Of a stretch of 64,000 nt of DNA, positions 55,796 through 64,000 are shown piece after piece. Location: positions 960,001 to 1,024,000 of the forward strand of contig OX638340.1 in the NCBI GenBank assembly GCA_951812955.1. Direction: 5' to 3'. A program made the position numbers and the translations under genes. Within the stretch, counting starts at the first letter, position 1. The number at the start of each line of letters is the position of its first letter. Source of the DNA: an uncultured Gemmatimonadota bacterium (GTDB taxonomy: Bacteria; JAAXHH01). The notes under the pieces are model-generated. The model saw only the letters and a program-made list of their open reading frames with translations, was not told where the DNA came from and did no database searches.

Positions 55796-57247
55796 TTATG
55801 GTTCAGGCGCCGTATCCAGCATCTCCTTGTAGATGTCTGCGTAGATCTTGTCGCGGGGAACGCATCCTACGGCGAACTGGCCGAGTTCGTTGTGCTTACC
55901 GCGCATCAGGGCCGTGCAGTAACTTACGGTGATACAACTCTTCTTACGGATCATCTCGCCGTGCTCAGCCACGTCCTTCGCGAAATCGGGATAGGCCAGC
56001 GCGCCTCTACCGGATCCCATGATGGTCGCCCGATTATCCCGGATATTCGCCGCACCCGCGTTGACCATGTATTTCTGAAGCCAGCTGTACCCGGTCCCCA
56101 CGATATTGAGTCCCGGATGCGCCCGGCAGAGCGCGGCAACCGCGCGGAAGTGCCGAGCGACGCCGAAGAGCGGATGTTCCGGGGCATCGTAGCCGTCCAC
56201 CGGCGATCTCTCGGCGGGCCGGCCCACATGGGGATTGTAATAGGGGCTTCCCATGGTGGCGTTTATCATCTGTATACCGGCTTCCCTGAGCAGTCCGATC
56301 GCGGCGATAGGTTCCGACAGGTCCCCCCGCAGCGGATCGTCCACGTCCACGCCGAATCCGGATAGAAAGGGGACGGGATATGGCGAACGGGGCGTGCCCG
56401 TGCCGGTTTCGGCGTCGGTAGTATAGGGAATGCCGTCGTAGATATTCATCCGGCTGGCCAGCAGCAATTCGTCTTTCGTTTCCTCCCGGATGCGTGCGAT
56501 CACGTTCCTGACCAGCCGCGTCCTGTTCTCGAGATTTCCGCCGTAGTCGCCTTCCCGCAGCCGTGCGGCCAGCAATTCGGAGAGCAGGTAGCGATGGCAC
56601 TGCTTGATATCAACAAAGTCGTAACCCAGTTTCCAGGCCAGGACCGCGGTATCAACGAGGGCATCCTCCACCCGGCCGAGTTCGGAATCGGTCAGCACCG
56701 GGTAGTCCGGAGTGACCGGGATCTTGCGCTTTTTATCGACGAGGGTGACCGGATCGGCGGAGGGATCGTGGAAGGCGATCAGCGGTTTTCGGTAACTGTA
56801 ACGGCCCGAGTGGGTCAGCTGCAGGCCGACGACCAGGTCGTCATCACGGCCGTGGACTGCCCTGTGCGCCTTGCGGGTCTGTGCGAGCAGCGACTCGAAA
56901 GACGCGGCGTTGCCATCGTGCAGCCAGAGCTGCCGGGTATTCGCCCGGGCTTCTTCCGCCACGGCCGTGGCCTCGCCCCATATAAGCTTGGCTCCGCCCT
57001 CACCGAACAGGCGCCATCGCCGGAAGACCAGTTCATCCGGCGAGCCATCCAGGTGCCCATCACAACCTTCCATGGGGTGCACGGCCATGGAGTTTCCGAT
57101 GGTCCTCTTGCCGAACCGAACGGGCCGCCAGAGGGGATCCAGGTCCTCGGTCAGAGGGATATCGTCGTTCAAGCCAAGGCGGTCGATATCCTGTTGCAGG
57201 TCGTCGAGTGAACGGTAACGAAAGTGTTTCGGCATGTATCCATCCAA
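55796..57247 (-). CDS. Old-yellow-enzyme family NADH:flavin oxidoreductase
   Basis: OYE TIM-barrel blocks (HPMEGCDG, LQLTHSGRY, GYDFVDIKQCHRYLLSELL). 483 aa. Confidence 0.75.
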   Translation of the reverse strand: MDGYMPKHFRYRSLDDLQQDIDRLGLNDDIPLTEDLDPLWRPVRFGKRTIGNSMAVHPMEGCDGHLDGSPDELVFRRWRLFGEGGAKLIWGEATAVAEEARANTRQLWLHDGNAASFESLLAQTRKAHRAVHGRDDDLVVGLQLTHSGRYSYRKPLIAFHDPSADPVTLVDKKRKIPVTPDYPVLTDSELGRVEDALVDTAVLAWKLGYDFVDIKQCHRYLLSELLAARLREGDYGGNLENRTRLVRNVIARIREETKDELLLASRMNIYDGIPYTTDAETGTGTPRSPYPVPFLSGFGVDVDDPLRGDLSEPIAAIGLLREAGIQMINATMGSPYYNPHVGRPAERSPVDGYDAPEHPLFGVARHFRAVAALCRAHPGLNIVGTGYSWLQKYMVNAGAANIRDNRATIMGSGRGALAYPDFAKDVAEHGEMIRKKSCITVSYCTALMRGKHNELGQFAVGCVPRDKIYADIYKEMLDTAPEP

Positions 57248-57310
57248 TTCTGTAAGAAAATTGCGGTATCATGAGGATAGCCCGCGCCGCATTCCTCTTT
57301 GCGGGACATT

Positions 57311-58465
57311 CTAAGGATCTGCGAACCATCGCTTCAATACCCGTTCCGCTTCCTTGTTCTGGGGGCTGAATTCTATCCTGTCCGAGGTAATCCGGCTCGC
57401 ATTGGGGTACCATTTCCAAATGAACAGCCCACGGAACCAGGGCAACCGCCCGACGGACCTGAACAGGGCCTCGTATGCGTTGACCTGTTCGTCCGGGTCA
57501 ACGCGGTGGGTTTCCGGTTGCTGATCGCCGCTCCGGCGACGCCTCGGCGGCCATTCCCAGGGCCGAATGGTGGACCCGGGTGCATTCTTGTAGCCTACTT
57601 CGGTGAATAGAACCGGTTTGCCGTGCTCTTCGGACAGTCGGCCGATGCTTTCTATGTGGGGCTTCCATCCCGAGATGATTTCGGTGACGCTCGGTCCATT
57701 GCTGTCGGTCAGGGGGAAATAGGCGTTGACCCCGATGTAATCGAGGTGGGGCCACAACTCGATCACCTCGTAATCCCGGTACCAGTTCGCCGCGTAGGTG
57801 AGTCTCCCGGTGTAGACCGCCCTGATGTCCCGGATCAGCGATTTCCAGAACTGTGGACGGGACCGCACCGGATTGGACAGTTCGGTGGCGATGCACAGGA
57901 TTGCCACGTCTTCCTCCTGTGCCAGTTCGGCATAGTGCAGGATGAAAGTCCGGTAATCCGCTTCCCACTGCCGCCATTCCGCCTCCGTATCGAAGTCGAT
58001 CGTCCCTATCCAGCCGTCATCCACGGGCCTGGTCAGCCAGAGGTGGGGCTTGAGCATCAATCGGAATCCCAGTTCCCGGGCCTTCCTGGCCGTAGCCCGA
58101 AGCCCCTGGTCGGTCTCACCCCAGAACCGTCCGCGCCGGTTCATCCGAACGGACGGCGTGGTGTGGTTCTCCATCCATCCGAAAGGCGTAAGCGACAGCC
58201 ATTCGATGCCCATTTCGCGCGCCCCGGGCAGGGCGTGTTCCGGCATCTCCCAGCGCCCGCCCACCCAGGACACACCCTTGTAGAAGTTCTCCAGCGCAAA
58301 GGGTTGTTCCTGTGCCGCAGGACGGTCTGAGGCCTGTTCTCCTGTGCGATATGCGGCCTGTTCCCCAGAACGATTCGCGGACGTCGCGTCGCTCCAGAAG
58401 GCCGGTTCGCACCACAGGAGGGCACAAACGATCAGCCCTGATTTCAGGTAGCGAATGGATATCAT
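57311..58465 (-). CDS. TIM-barrel glycoside hydrolase (clan GH-A-like, GH5/GH113-type)
   Basis: Signal-peptide-like N-terminus, catalytic-acid context ...IATELSNP and nucleophile context VLFTEVGY. Start taken at MISIRYLKSG (58465) to avoid overlap with pyrH. Confidence 0.5.
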   Translation of the reverse strand: MISIRYLKSGLIVCALLWCEPAFWSDATSANRSGEQAAYRTGEQASDRPAAQEQPFALENFYKGVSWVGGRWEMPEHALPGAREMGIEWLSLTPFGWMENHTTPSVRMNRRGRFWGETDQGLRATARKARELGFRLMLKPHLWLTRPVDDGWIGTIDFDTEAEWRQWEADYRTFILHYAELAQEEDVAILCIATELSNPVRSRPQFWKSLIRDIRAVYTGRLTYAANWYRDYEVIELWPHLDYIGVNAYFPLTDSNGPSVTEIISGWKPHIESIGRLSEEHGKPVLFTEVGYKNAPGSTIRPWEWPPRRRRSGDQQPETHRVDPDEQVNAYEALFRSVGRLPWFRGLFIWKWYPNASRITSDRIEFSPQNKEAERVLKRWFADP

Positions 58466-58484
58466 GGTGAAGGCATGGTTGAGG

Positions 58485-59216
58485 TCAGGCGAACTGGTCA
58501 GCCCCCCTTGTGATGAGGGTGCCGAGGTCTTCTCCCCGGCATATCCGTTCCATTGCGCCAGGAGAATTGAAATCAAAGACGTGAATCGGCAGTTTGTTGT
58601 CCCGGGCCAGCAGCACGGCCGTCTGATCCATCACCCTGAGATCATGCTGTATGACCGAATCGTAGCTGATGACCTGGAATCTTCGGGCGTCCGCGTTTTC
58701 TTTGGGATCGCTCGTGTAGATCCCGTCGGTGCCGTTTTTGGCCGAAAGCAGCACTTCCGCCCTGAGCTCCAGGGCGCGCAGCACAGACGGATAGTCCGTG
58801 GTCACGTATGGATTCCCGGTGCCTGCGGCGAGGAGGACGATACGGCCATGCTCCAGGTGACGGACGGCCCGGAGCCGGATGTAGGGTTCGGCCACTGTAT
58901 TGATCGGAATGGCCGTCATGACCCGGACGTCGCCCGCCCCCCGGGAGGTCAGCGCGCCGCGCAGCATCATGCTGTTGATCACGGTTGCGATCATACCGAT
59001 ATTGTCTGCTTCCGCGCGTTCGATACCCCAGTCCTGGCCAAGTTCGCCCTTGAAGATGTTGCCTCCTCCGGCCACGATCCCTACTTCGACCCCCGCGGCG
59101 TGCAGCTTCATGACCTCGCTGGCGATGTTCTCGATGGCTGAAGGATCGAATCCCCATGGACTTTCCCCCGAAAGCGCGCCTCCACTGAGTTTGACCAATA
59201 CTCGCTTGTAACGCAC
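58485..59216 (-). CDS. pyrH: UMP kinase PyrH
   Basis: RYKRVLVKLSGGAL N-terminus and GGGNIFKG. GTG start at 59216 follows AAAGGAGGA. The track ORF extends to 59315 into pncB. Confidence 0.85.
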   Translation of the reverse strand: MRYKRVLVKLSGGALSGESPWGFDPSAIENIASEVMKLHAAGVEVGIVAGGGNIFKGELGQDWGIERAEADNIGMIATVINSMMLRGALTSRGAGDVRVMTAIPINTVAEPYIRLRAVRHLEHGRIVLLAAGTGNPYVTTDYPSVLRALELRAEVLLSAKNGTDGIYTSDPKENADARRFQVISYDSVIQHDLRVMDQTAVLLARDNKLPIHVFDFNSPGAMERICRGEDLGTLITRGADQFA

Positions 59217-59226
59217 GGATCCTCCT

Positions 59227-60570
59227 TTATCGACTTGGCGACAGATAAGAACTGAATCGGACGGGATAGGCCGCCGCGCCTTCCAGCCGTTTGTACCGGT
59301 CGGGGAGGTTGTCAAGCTGGGATGACGCCGTTTTGCCGGCCGAGGTCAGGTCCGGAAGCGGACCGGTAAGCCCTCCGCTACGCATTACACATTCGAGCAG
59401 GGGTTCCCATTCCGGGGACCCGGCCGGCTCGTCGTCCCGTGTTACGCGATCCTCCACGAACTTCCCATGCCTGTCACGCCGCCGCCATACCTGCTTGGCG
59501 TACGGCCGGGTCTGCTTTCCCTCGCTCAGTTTGAACACCGGCCTCGTGCCGGAAGGCGATTCCAGGGCGGTAAGCTTGTAGACTCCGGTCAGGGACGGCG
59601 CGTCCGGCGAATTGACGAGTTCATTGCCGACGCCGAAGAGGTCCACGGGCACCCCGCGTTCGACCAGCGACGCAATCCTGTATTCATTCAGGTCGCCGCT
59701 GAGCATGATCCTCGTTTCCTTCAATCCGGCCTCGTCCAGTATGCTTCGCACCCGCCCGGCCTGATAGGCCAGGTCTCCGCTGTCGAGACGCACGCCCTTC
59801 AGCGCAGGACCGATCCGGACGGCCAGCCTGGCGGCTTCGAGCGGGTCGTAGGTGTCCAGCAACAGGGTCGTGGTGTCTGGGAACACGCGATGATAGGCAC
59901 GGAAAGCCTCCATTTCGCTCTCAAAAGTCATGATCCACGAGTGAGCCGCGGTCCCGTACGCTGCGATCCCGTACTGACGTCCCGCTTCCACATTGGACGT
60001 CCCTATGCACCCCCCGATGACCGCGGCGCGCGCCGAAAGGAGTCCCGCTTCGGGGCCGTGGGCCCGCCGGCTTCCGAATTCCACCACCCCCCTGCCCGCA
60101 GCGGCCTCGACGATTCGCGCCGCTTTCGTCGCCACCAGGGTCTGGTGGTTTATCGTAGCCAGCAGAAAAGTCTCTACGATCTGGGCCTCGATAATCGGCG
60201 CCGTAACACGGACCAGGGGTTCCCCGGCAAAAACCACCGTCCCTTCGGGAACGGCCCAGAGATCTCCCTTAAAACGAAACGCAGCCAGGAAATCGAAGAA
60301 CGTGCCGGGAATGTTCCTGAACGGCTGCAACGTCTTCAAATGGTCGATATCGTCGGACGAAAACCGGAGCGCTTGCAGATAGTCGACCGCCTGCCGCAGG
60401 CCGGCCGCGACGAGATAGGAACGCCGCGCCGGCAGGTCCCTGACGAATAACTCGAATGTGGCCCTTTCCCGGCGATCGTTCGCGAAATAACCGGCCGCCA
60501 TCGTGAGTTCGTACAGGTCGGTTGCCAGGGAAGGCGACCAGTGGATCGGGCAGGAACCCGTCTGGCGCAT
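59227..60570 (-). CDS. pncB: Nicotinate phosphoribosyltransferase PncB
   Basis: LATDLYELTMAAGYF N-terminus and the GTAAHSW region. 447 aa. Confidence 0.85.
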   Translation of the reverse strand: MRQTGSCPIHWSPSLATDLYELTMAAGYFANDRRERATFELFVRDLPARRSYLVAAGLRQAVDYLQALRFSSDDIDHLKTLQPFRNIPGTFFDFLAAFRFKGDLWAVPEGTVVFAGEPLVRVTAPIIEAQIVETFLLATINHQTLVATKAARIVEAAAGRGVVEFGSRRAHGPEAGLLSARAAVIGGCIGTSNVEAGRQYGIAAYGTAAHSWIMTFESEMEAFRAYHRVFPDTTTLLLDTYDPLEAARLAVRIGPALKGVRLDSGDLAYQAGRVRSILDEAGLKETRIMLSGDLNEYRIASLVERGVPVDLFGVGNELVNSPDAPSLTGVYKLTALESPSGTRPVFKLSEGKQTRPYAKQVWRRRDRHGKFVEDRVTRDDEPAGSPEWEPLLECVMRSGGLTGPLPDLTSAGKTASSQLDNLPDRYKRLEGAAAYPVRFSSYLSPSR

Positions 60571-60629
60571 GTAGATCCGCCCTCTGAAGCCCGGCGCCTT
60601 GACGTCATTGCGCCGACCGCTGCCGACCG

Positions 60630-61823
60630 CTAGATCTCAGCTTCCAGTTCGACCGGTTCGTCGTAATCCACGCCGTCTACTTCGAAGCCGAACAACTGCC
60701 GAAAACCCCGCTTGTACGCATCGTAATCGGTCAGGGCGCGGAAGTTCTCCGTCGTGATCGTCGGCCAGACCGTATCTATCTCCCGCTGTACGGACGCTTC
60801 GAGCTCCAGGTCATCGAGTCGGATCCGGTCCTCCCCGTCGACAGACGGCGTCCCGCCGGGTCCGACGTGATCGCTGAACAGCCGCACCATCTGCTGGATC
60901 GGATCCTCGTGCACGCCACGTTCCCGCATGATTCGGTAAAGCAGGCTGATGTACAAGGGAACGACCGGGATCGCGGCCGAGGCCTGGGTAATCACGGCCT
61001 TGTTCACCGACACCATGGCCCTACCGCCGACAGTGGACCGCAGCCGGCCTTCGATCGCCTTCGTAGTCCGCTCCAGATGCTCCTTCGCGCGGCCAATGGT
61101 TCCGCTCCGGTAAATGGGCCAGGTGAGGGCAGGGCCGATGTACGAGAATGGAACAATACGGGCGCCTTCAGCCAGCAACCCGGCTTCCAGCAGCGCTTCG
61201 CTCCACAGGCACAGATCGTCGCCGCCCATGACGCCCACCGTCCCTCGAATGCCTTCGTCCGTCGCCGGTTCCACGGTGACCTCGTTGATGACCTCGCGGT
61301 TCAGGTCGATGGTCTTTCCCACGTAGGTCTCCCCGATGGGGTTGAGAACGGATTGGTAAATCTCGCCGGTATCCGGGTCCGTGCGCTTCGGCGAGGCCAG
61401 GCTGTAAATGACCATGTCTACCTCGCCGAGTCGAGACGCGACGAGCTCAAGGGTCTTCCGTTTTATTTCGTGCGAATAGGCATCGCCATTGACATTGGCC
61501 GAGATCAGTCCGTTTTCCATCGCGTATCTGTGGTAAGCCGCGGTATTATAGAACCCCGGCGTACCGCTCTTCGCGCCGTTGCTTTCCCGTTCGAAGAAAA
61601 CGCCTACAGAGCCCGCGCCGTACATGGCGCCCGCCGCGATCCGCGCCGCCAGTCCGTATCCGGTCGACGCGCCGATCACCAGTACGCGGAGCGATCCGGC
61701 GCCGTCCTTTCGGGCGGCCTCGGCGACCTGGATCTGGGCATTGACGTTCGAAGCGCATCCCGCGGGATGCGCCGTGGTACAGATGAACCCGCGGATGCGC
61801 GGTTTGACGACGGCCTCGGCCAT
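60630..61823 (-). CDS. fabV: Trans-2-enoyl-CoA/ACP reductase FabV
   Basis: VKPRIRGFICTTAHPAGC and the GASTGYGLA Rossmann motif. Start at MAEAVV (61823) preceded by AGGAAGGA. The track ORF extends to 62084. Confidence 0.85.
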   Translation of the reverse strand: MAEAVVKPRIRGFICTTAHPAGCASNVNAQIQVAEAARKDGAGSLRVLVIGASTGYGLAARIAAGAMYGAGSVGVFFERESNGAKSGTPGFYNTAAYHRYAMENGLISANVNGDAYSHEIKRKTLELVASRLGEVDMVIYSLASPKRTDPDTGEIYQSVLNPIGETYVGKTIDLNREVINEVTVEPATDEGIRGTVGVMGGDDLCLWSEALLEAGLLAEGARIVPFSYIGPALTWPIYRSGTIGRAKEHLERTTKAIEGRLRSTVGGRAMVSVNKAVITQASAAIPVVPLYISLLYRIMRERGVHEDPIQQMVRLFSDHVGPGGTPSVDGEDRIRLDDLELEASVQREIDTVWPTITTENFRALTDYDAYKRGFRQLFGFEVDGVDYDEPVELEAEI

Positions 61824-61851
61824 GTGAACGGTTCCTTCCTGGTGTGAGCGT

Positions 61852-62697
61852 CTATTCGATGGGCACCGGCGTGGCGCGCCTGTGGTCGAATGACATGGCT
61901 TCCCGGTAACCACAGGACCCGGCCAGGTCCCGGACCTGGTCGAAATCCCTGCCGATGTCTTCCACGACGTGGGCATCGGAAGCCGTCGTGATGGAGATTC
62001 CGCGACGGGCACAGGCCTCCAGCAGGGGCCTTTCCGGATAGAGACGGCCAACGGGTTTCCGCAGGCCCGCCGAGCTGATCTCAACGCAGAGGCCCGCCTG
62101 GCCGCTCACCTGCTCGGCGAAACCTTCGTACAGGTCCGTGACATCGCCCTCGGCCATATGCCCCATCACCTTGATCAGATCCGGGTGGGACATGGAATCG
62201 AAGCATCCAGTCTGCACGGCCTGCCCCAGCAAACGGAAGTAATCCCGATAGACCTCGTCCACCGACCGCCGGTCCCACTCGTCCGCCATGGACGCCAGGT
62301 CGAATCCCCAGTCCCCGATCCAGTGGACGGAGCCCAGTACGAAATCCCAGGGGTAATCCTGGACGATTCGTTCGATTACCGGTTCCCGACCCTCGATGTA
62401 GTCCATCTCGATGCCGGTCTTGATGGGCAGCCCCTCACGCCGCGCCGACTGCAGCAGGTCCAAGTATTCGTCCATATCATAGAAACACTTTTCGTCGGAC
62501 CACGGCCTGTCGACGATTTCCTTCGCCTGCGTAAAGTGGTAAACATGCTCCGTTATGACGATTTCCTCTACTCCTCGAGCCGCTGCAGAGGCCGCGAACA
62601 GGCGCATGGTCTCCATCGGATCGGTACCCTCCGGCCGGGTATCTGGCGTTCGGCCGAATGGGTAGTAGTTCTCCACGTGCATGTGGTAATCGAGCAC
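61852..62697 (-). CDS. PHP-family histidinol-phosphatase-like phosphoesterase
   Basis: MLDYHMHV N-terminal His-rich motif and later H/D metal ligands (TEHVYH, GSVHW, SDAHV). Confidence 0.75.
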   Translation of the reverse strand: MLDYHMHVENYYPFGRTPDTRPEGTDPMETMRLFAASAAARGVEEIVITEHVYHFTQAKEIVDRPWSDEKCFYDMDEYLDLLQSARREGLPIKTGIEMDYIEGREPVIERIVQDYPWDFVLGSVHWIGDWGFDLASMADEWDRRSVDEVYRDYFRLLGQAVQTGCFDSMSHPDLIKVMGHMAEGDVTDLYEGFAEQVSGQAGLCVEISSAGLRKPVGRLYPERPLLEACARRGISITTASDAHVVEDIGRDFDQVRDLAGSCGYREAMSFDHRRATPVPIE

Positions 62698-62810
62698 GAT
62701 AGTCCTCGGGGTGCAACTGGAATCGCCTGTGTGGATGCCATCAGCGGTTGCTGGTTATGATATGCAGTAACCGCCGCTAAATCAAACCAATTCTGGGTAC
62801 GGCGTAACGC

Positions 62811-62839
62811 TTGACAGGGCACGGTCGGTCTTCTAATTT
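62811..62839 (+). promoter_or_regulatory. Sigma70-like promoter (TTGACA, 17 bp spacer, TAATTT) upstream of trmB
   Basis: Hexamers read at 62811-62816 and 62834-62839, about 20 bp upstream of the trmB start. Confidence 0.45.
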
Positions 62840-62857
62840 GCCCAGTGAATTGTCCAG

Positions 62858-63532
62858 GTGCCCACGCCCGACTTCCATCGACCAGCCAGGGACCAGATGA
62901 CGCTTCCCTCCGAACCGCGCCCAGCCCCGGCCATCGCCGGCGACGTGGAATTCCGCATTCGCGAGAACGAGGAGCAGGCCCGGTGGGACCGGTTGTTCCG
63001 CAATGGCAAGCCGGTGGAAATCGAGATCGGTTGCGGCAAGGGCCGCTTCCTCATCAATTCCGCCATCGTCAATCCGGACATCAACTACATCGGCATCGAG
63101 CGAGCCCTGCGGTATTTTCGCATGATGAAGGAACGGGTGGTCCGGCGGGAACTGGCCAACGTCCGCCTGCTGCGGGATGACGCCGTGTATTTCGTGGAGA
63201 GATTCATACCCGATGAAGCGGTATCGGCCTACCACGTCTACTTTCCGGATCCGTGGCCGAAGAAACGGCACCGGAAACGCCGACTGTTCAACCCCGGGTT
63301 TCTGGATGAGGTCGTACGCACGCTGCCCATGGGCGGCACCCTCGATTTCGCCACGGACTACGTAGAATACTACGAGGAGATTCGGGTACTGCTCGACATG
63401 TCGGACCGTTTGGTGCGCCTGGCGGAGATTCCCGAGCGCGTCAGGGAACTGGGCAGCGATCTGACCAATTTCGAGACGAAGTACGCCGCGGAGGGCCGGG
63501 CTATACACCGCGGCGCATACGTAAAGTCCTGA
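62858..63532 (+). CDS. trmB: tRNA (guanine46-N7)-methyltransferase TrmB
   Basis: EIGCGKGRF SAM motif, YHVYFPDPWPKKRHRKRR block. 224 aa. Confidence 0.9.
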   Translation: MPTPDFHRPARDQMTLPSEPRPAPAIAGDVEFRIRENEEQARWDRLFRNGKPVEIEIGCGKGRFLINSAIVNPDINYIGIERALRYFRMMKERVVRRELANVRLLRDDAVYFVERFIPDEAVSAYHVYFPDPWPKKRHRKRRLFNPGFLDEVVRTLPMGGTLDFATDYVEYYEEIRVLLDMSDRLVRLAEIPERVRELGSDLTNFETKYAAEGRAIHRGAYVKS

Positions 63533-63601
63533 CCGGAACGCTCGACCCACTCCCAAATTGCCGGTCTTCATCAGACCCGGACCAACAGAGAGGAACATTA
63601 C

Positions 63602-64000
63602 ATGCTTCAGGCAGGCGATCCAGCACCCGATTTCACGATGGAGGCGGACAAGGGCGGAAGCGTTTCGCTCGCGGATTTAAGGGGAAAAACGGTAGTCCTG
63701 TACTTCTATCCGAAGGACGACACGCCCGGATGCACCCGGGAGTCCTGTGCCTTCAGAGACCACTACTCCACGTTTCAGAATCAGGATGTCCTGATCTACG
63801 GCGTCAGTTGCGACAGCATCCCTTCCCACGAGAAATTCAGCGCGAAATTCGACCTGCCTTTCCCGCTGCTGAGCGACCCGGACACCTCCGTCTCCACGGC
63901 TTACGGCGTGTACAAGGAAAAGACGAACTACGGCCGGAAGTACATGGGGATCGAGCGGTCGACCTTCGTCATCGACGGGGAAGGCCGTATTTGCAGGATC
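63602..64000 (+). CDS. bcp: Peroxiredoxin Bcp (thiol peroxidase), 3'-truncated by the window edge
   Basis: APDFTMEADKGGSVSLADLRGKTVVLYFYPKDDTPGCTRE is the canonical Bcp/PrxQ peroxidatic-Cys motif. The ORF runs off the window. Confidence 0.85.
   Translation, partial: MLQAGDPAPDFTMEADKGGSVSLADLRGKTVVLYFYPKDDTPGCTRESCAFRDHYSTFQNQDVLIYGVSCDSIPSHEKFSAKFDLPFPLLSDPDTSVSTAYGVYKEKTNYGRKYMGIERSTFVIDGEGRICRI

Overview
This is a 64 kb high-GC (~63%) chromosomal segment from a diderm bacterium, densely packed with about 50 protein-coding genes on both strands. I found no rRNA, tRNA, CRISPR array, transposase, integrase or phage genes. The gene content is a mostly core region, consistent with an FCB-group lineage (Rhodothermaeota/Bacteroidetes-like): a fused lpxC-fabZ, a DUF5916 outer-membrane protein and fabV, with Shine-Dalgarno sites in use.

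Recognisable blocks:
- Redox genes: a ThuA-like protein, a 1-Cys peroxiredoxin and, at the 3' edge, a Bcp peroxiredoxin.
- A dsbD gene followed by a periplasmic single-Cys redoxin.
- An ABC-2 exporter built as NatB-like permease, ATPase, and a second permease fused to a CPBP/CAAX intramembrane protease domain.
- Three PhyH-family Fe/2OG dioxygenases, two of them tandem paralogs next to a TPP-dependent enzyme, an M81 (MlrC-like) peptidase and a DMT exporter.
- The canonical envelope cluster bamA-skp-lpxD-lpxC/fabZ-lpxA.
- A minus-strand operon clpC-mcsB-mcsA-lolD-lolC/E-lysS-prfB, with the programmed +1 frameshift site CTT TGA C intact in prfB.
- An nfeD-stomatin pair and a PlsB-like acyltransferase.
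- A catabolic-looking neighbourhood: second M81 peptidase, DUF423, SDR, enolase-superfamily enzyme, ceramidase-like protein, large unknown membrane protein, OYE flavin reductase and a TIM-barrel glycoside hydrolase.
- Housekeeping genes pyrH, pncB, fabV, a PHP phosphatase and trmB.

Non-genic structure I could see directly:
- A short ribbon-helix-helix gene missed by the ORF track, with an octamer microsatellite (GGCGGACC x6) just downstream in a promoter region.
- Several unrelated 33-37 bp tandem-repeat arrays in intergenic regions.
- In-frame repeat tails at the C-termini of lpxC-fabZ and lysS.
- Short direct duplications spanning two stop codons.
- A near-perfect palindromic operator upstream of a small membrane-anchored coiled-coil protein that has an internal 16-residue duplication.

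Many long antisense ORFs in the track are GC-driven shadows and were not called.
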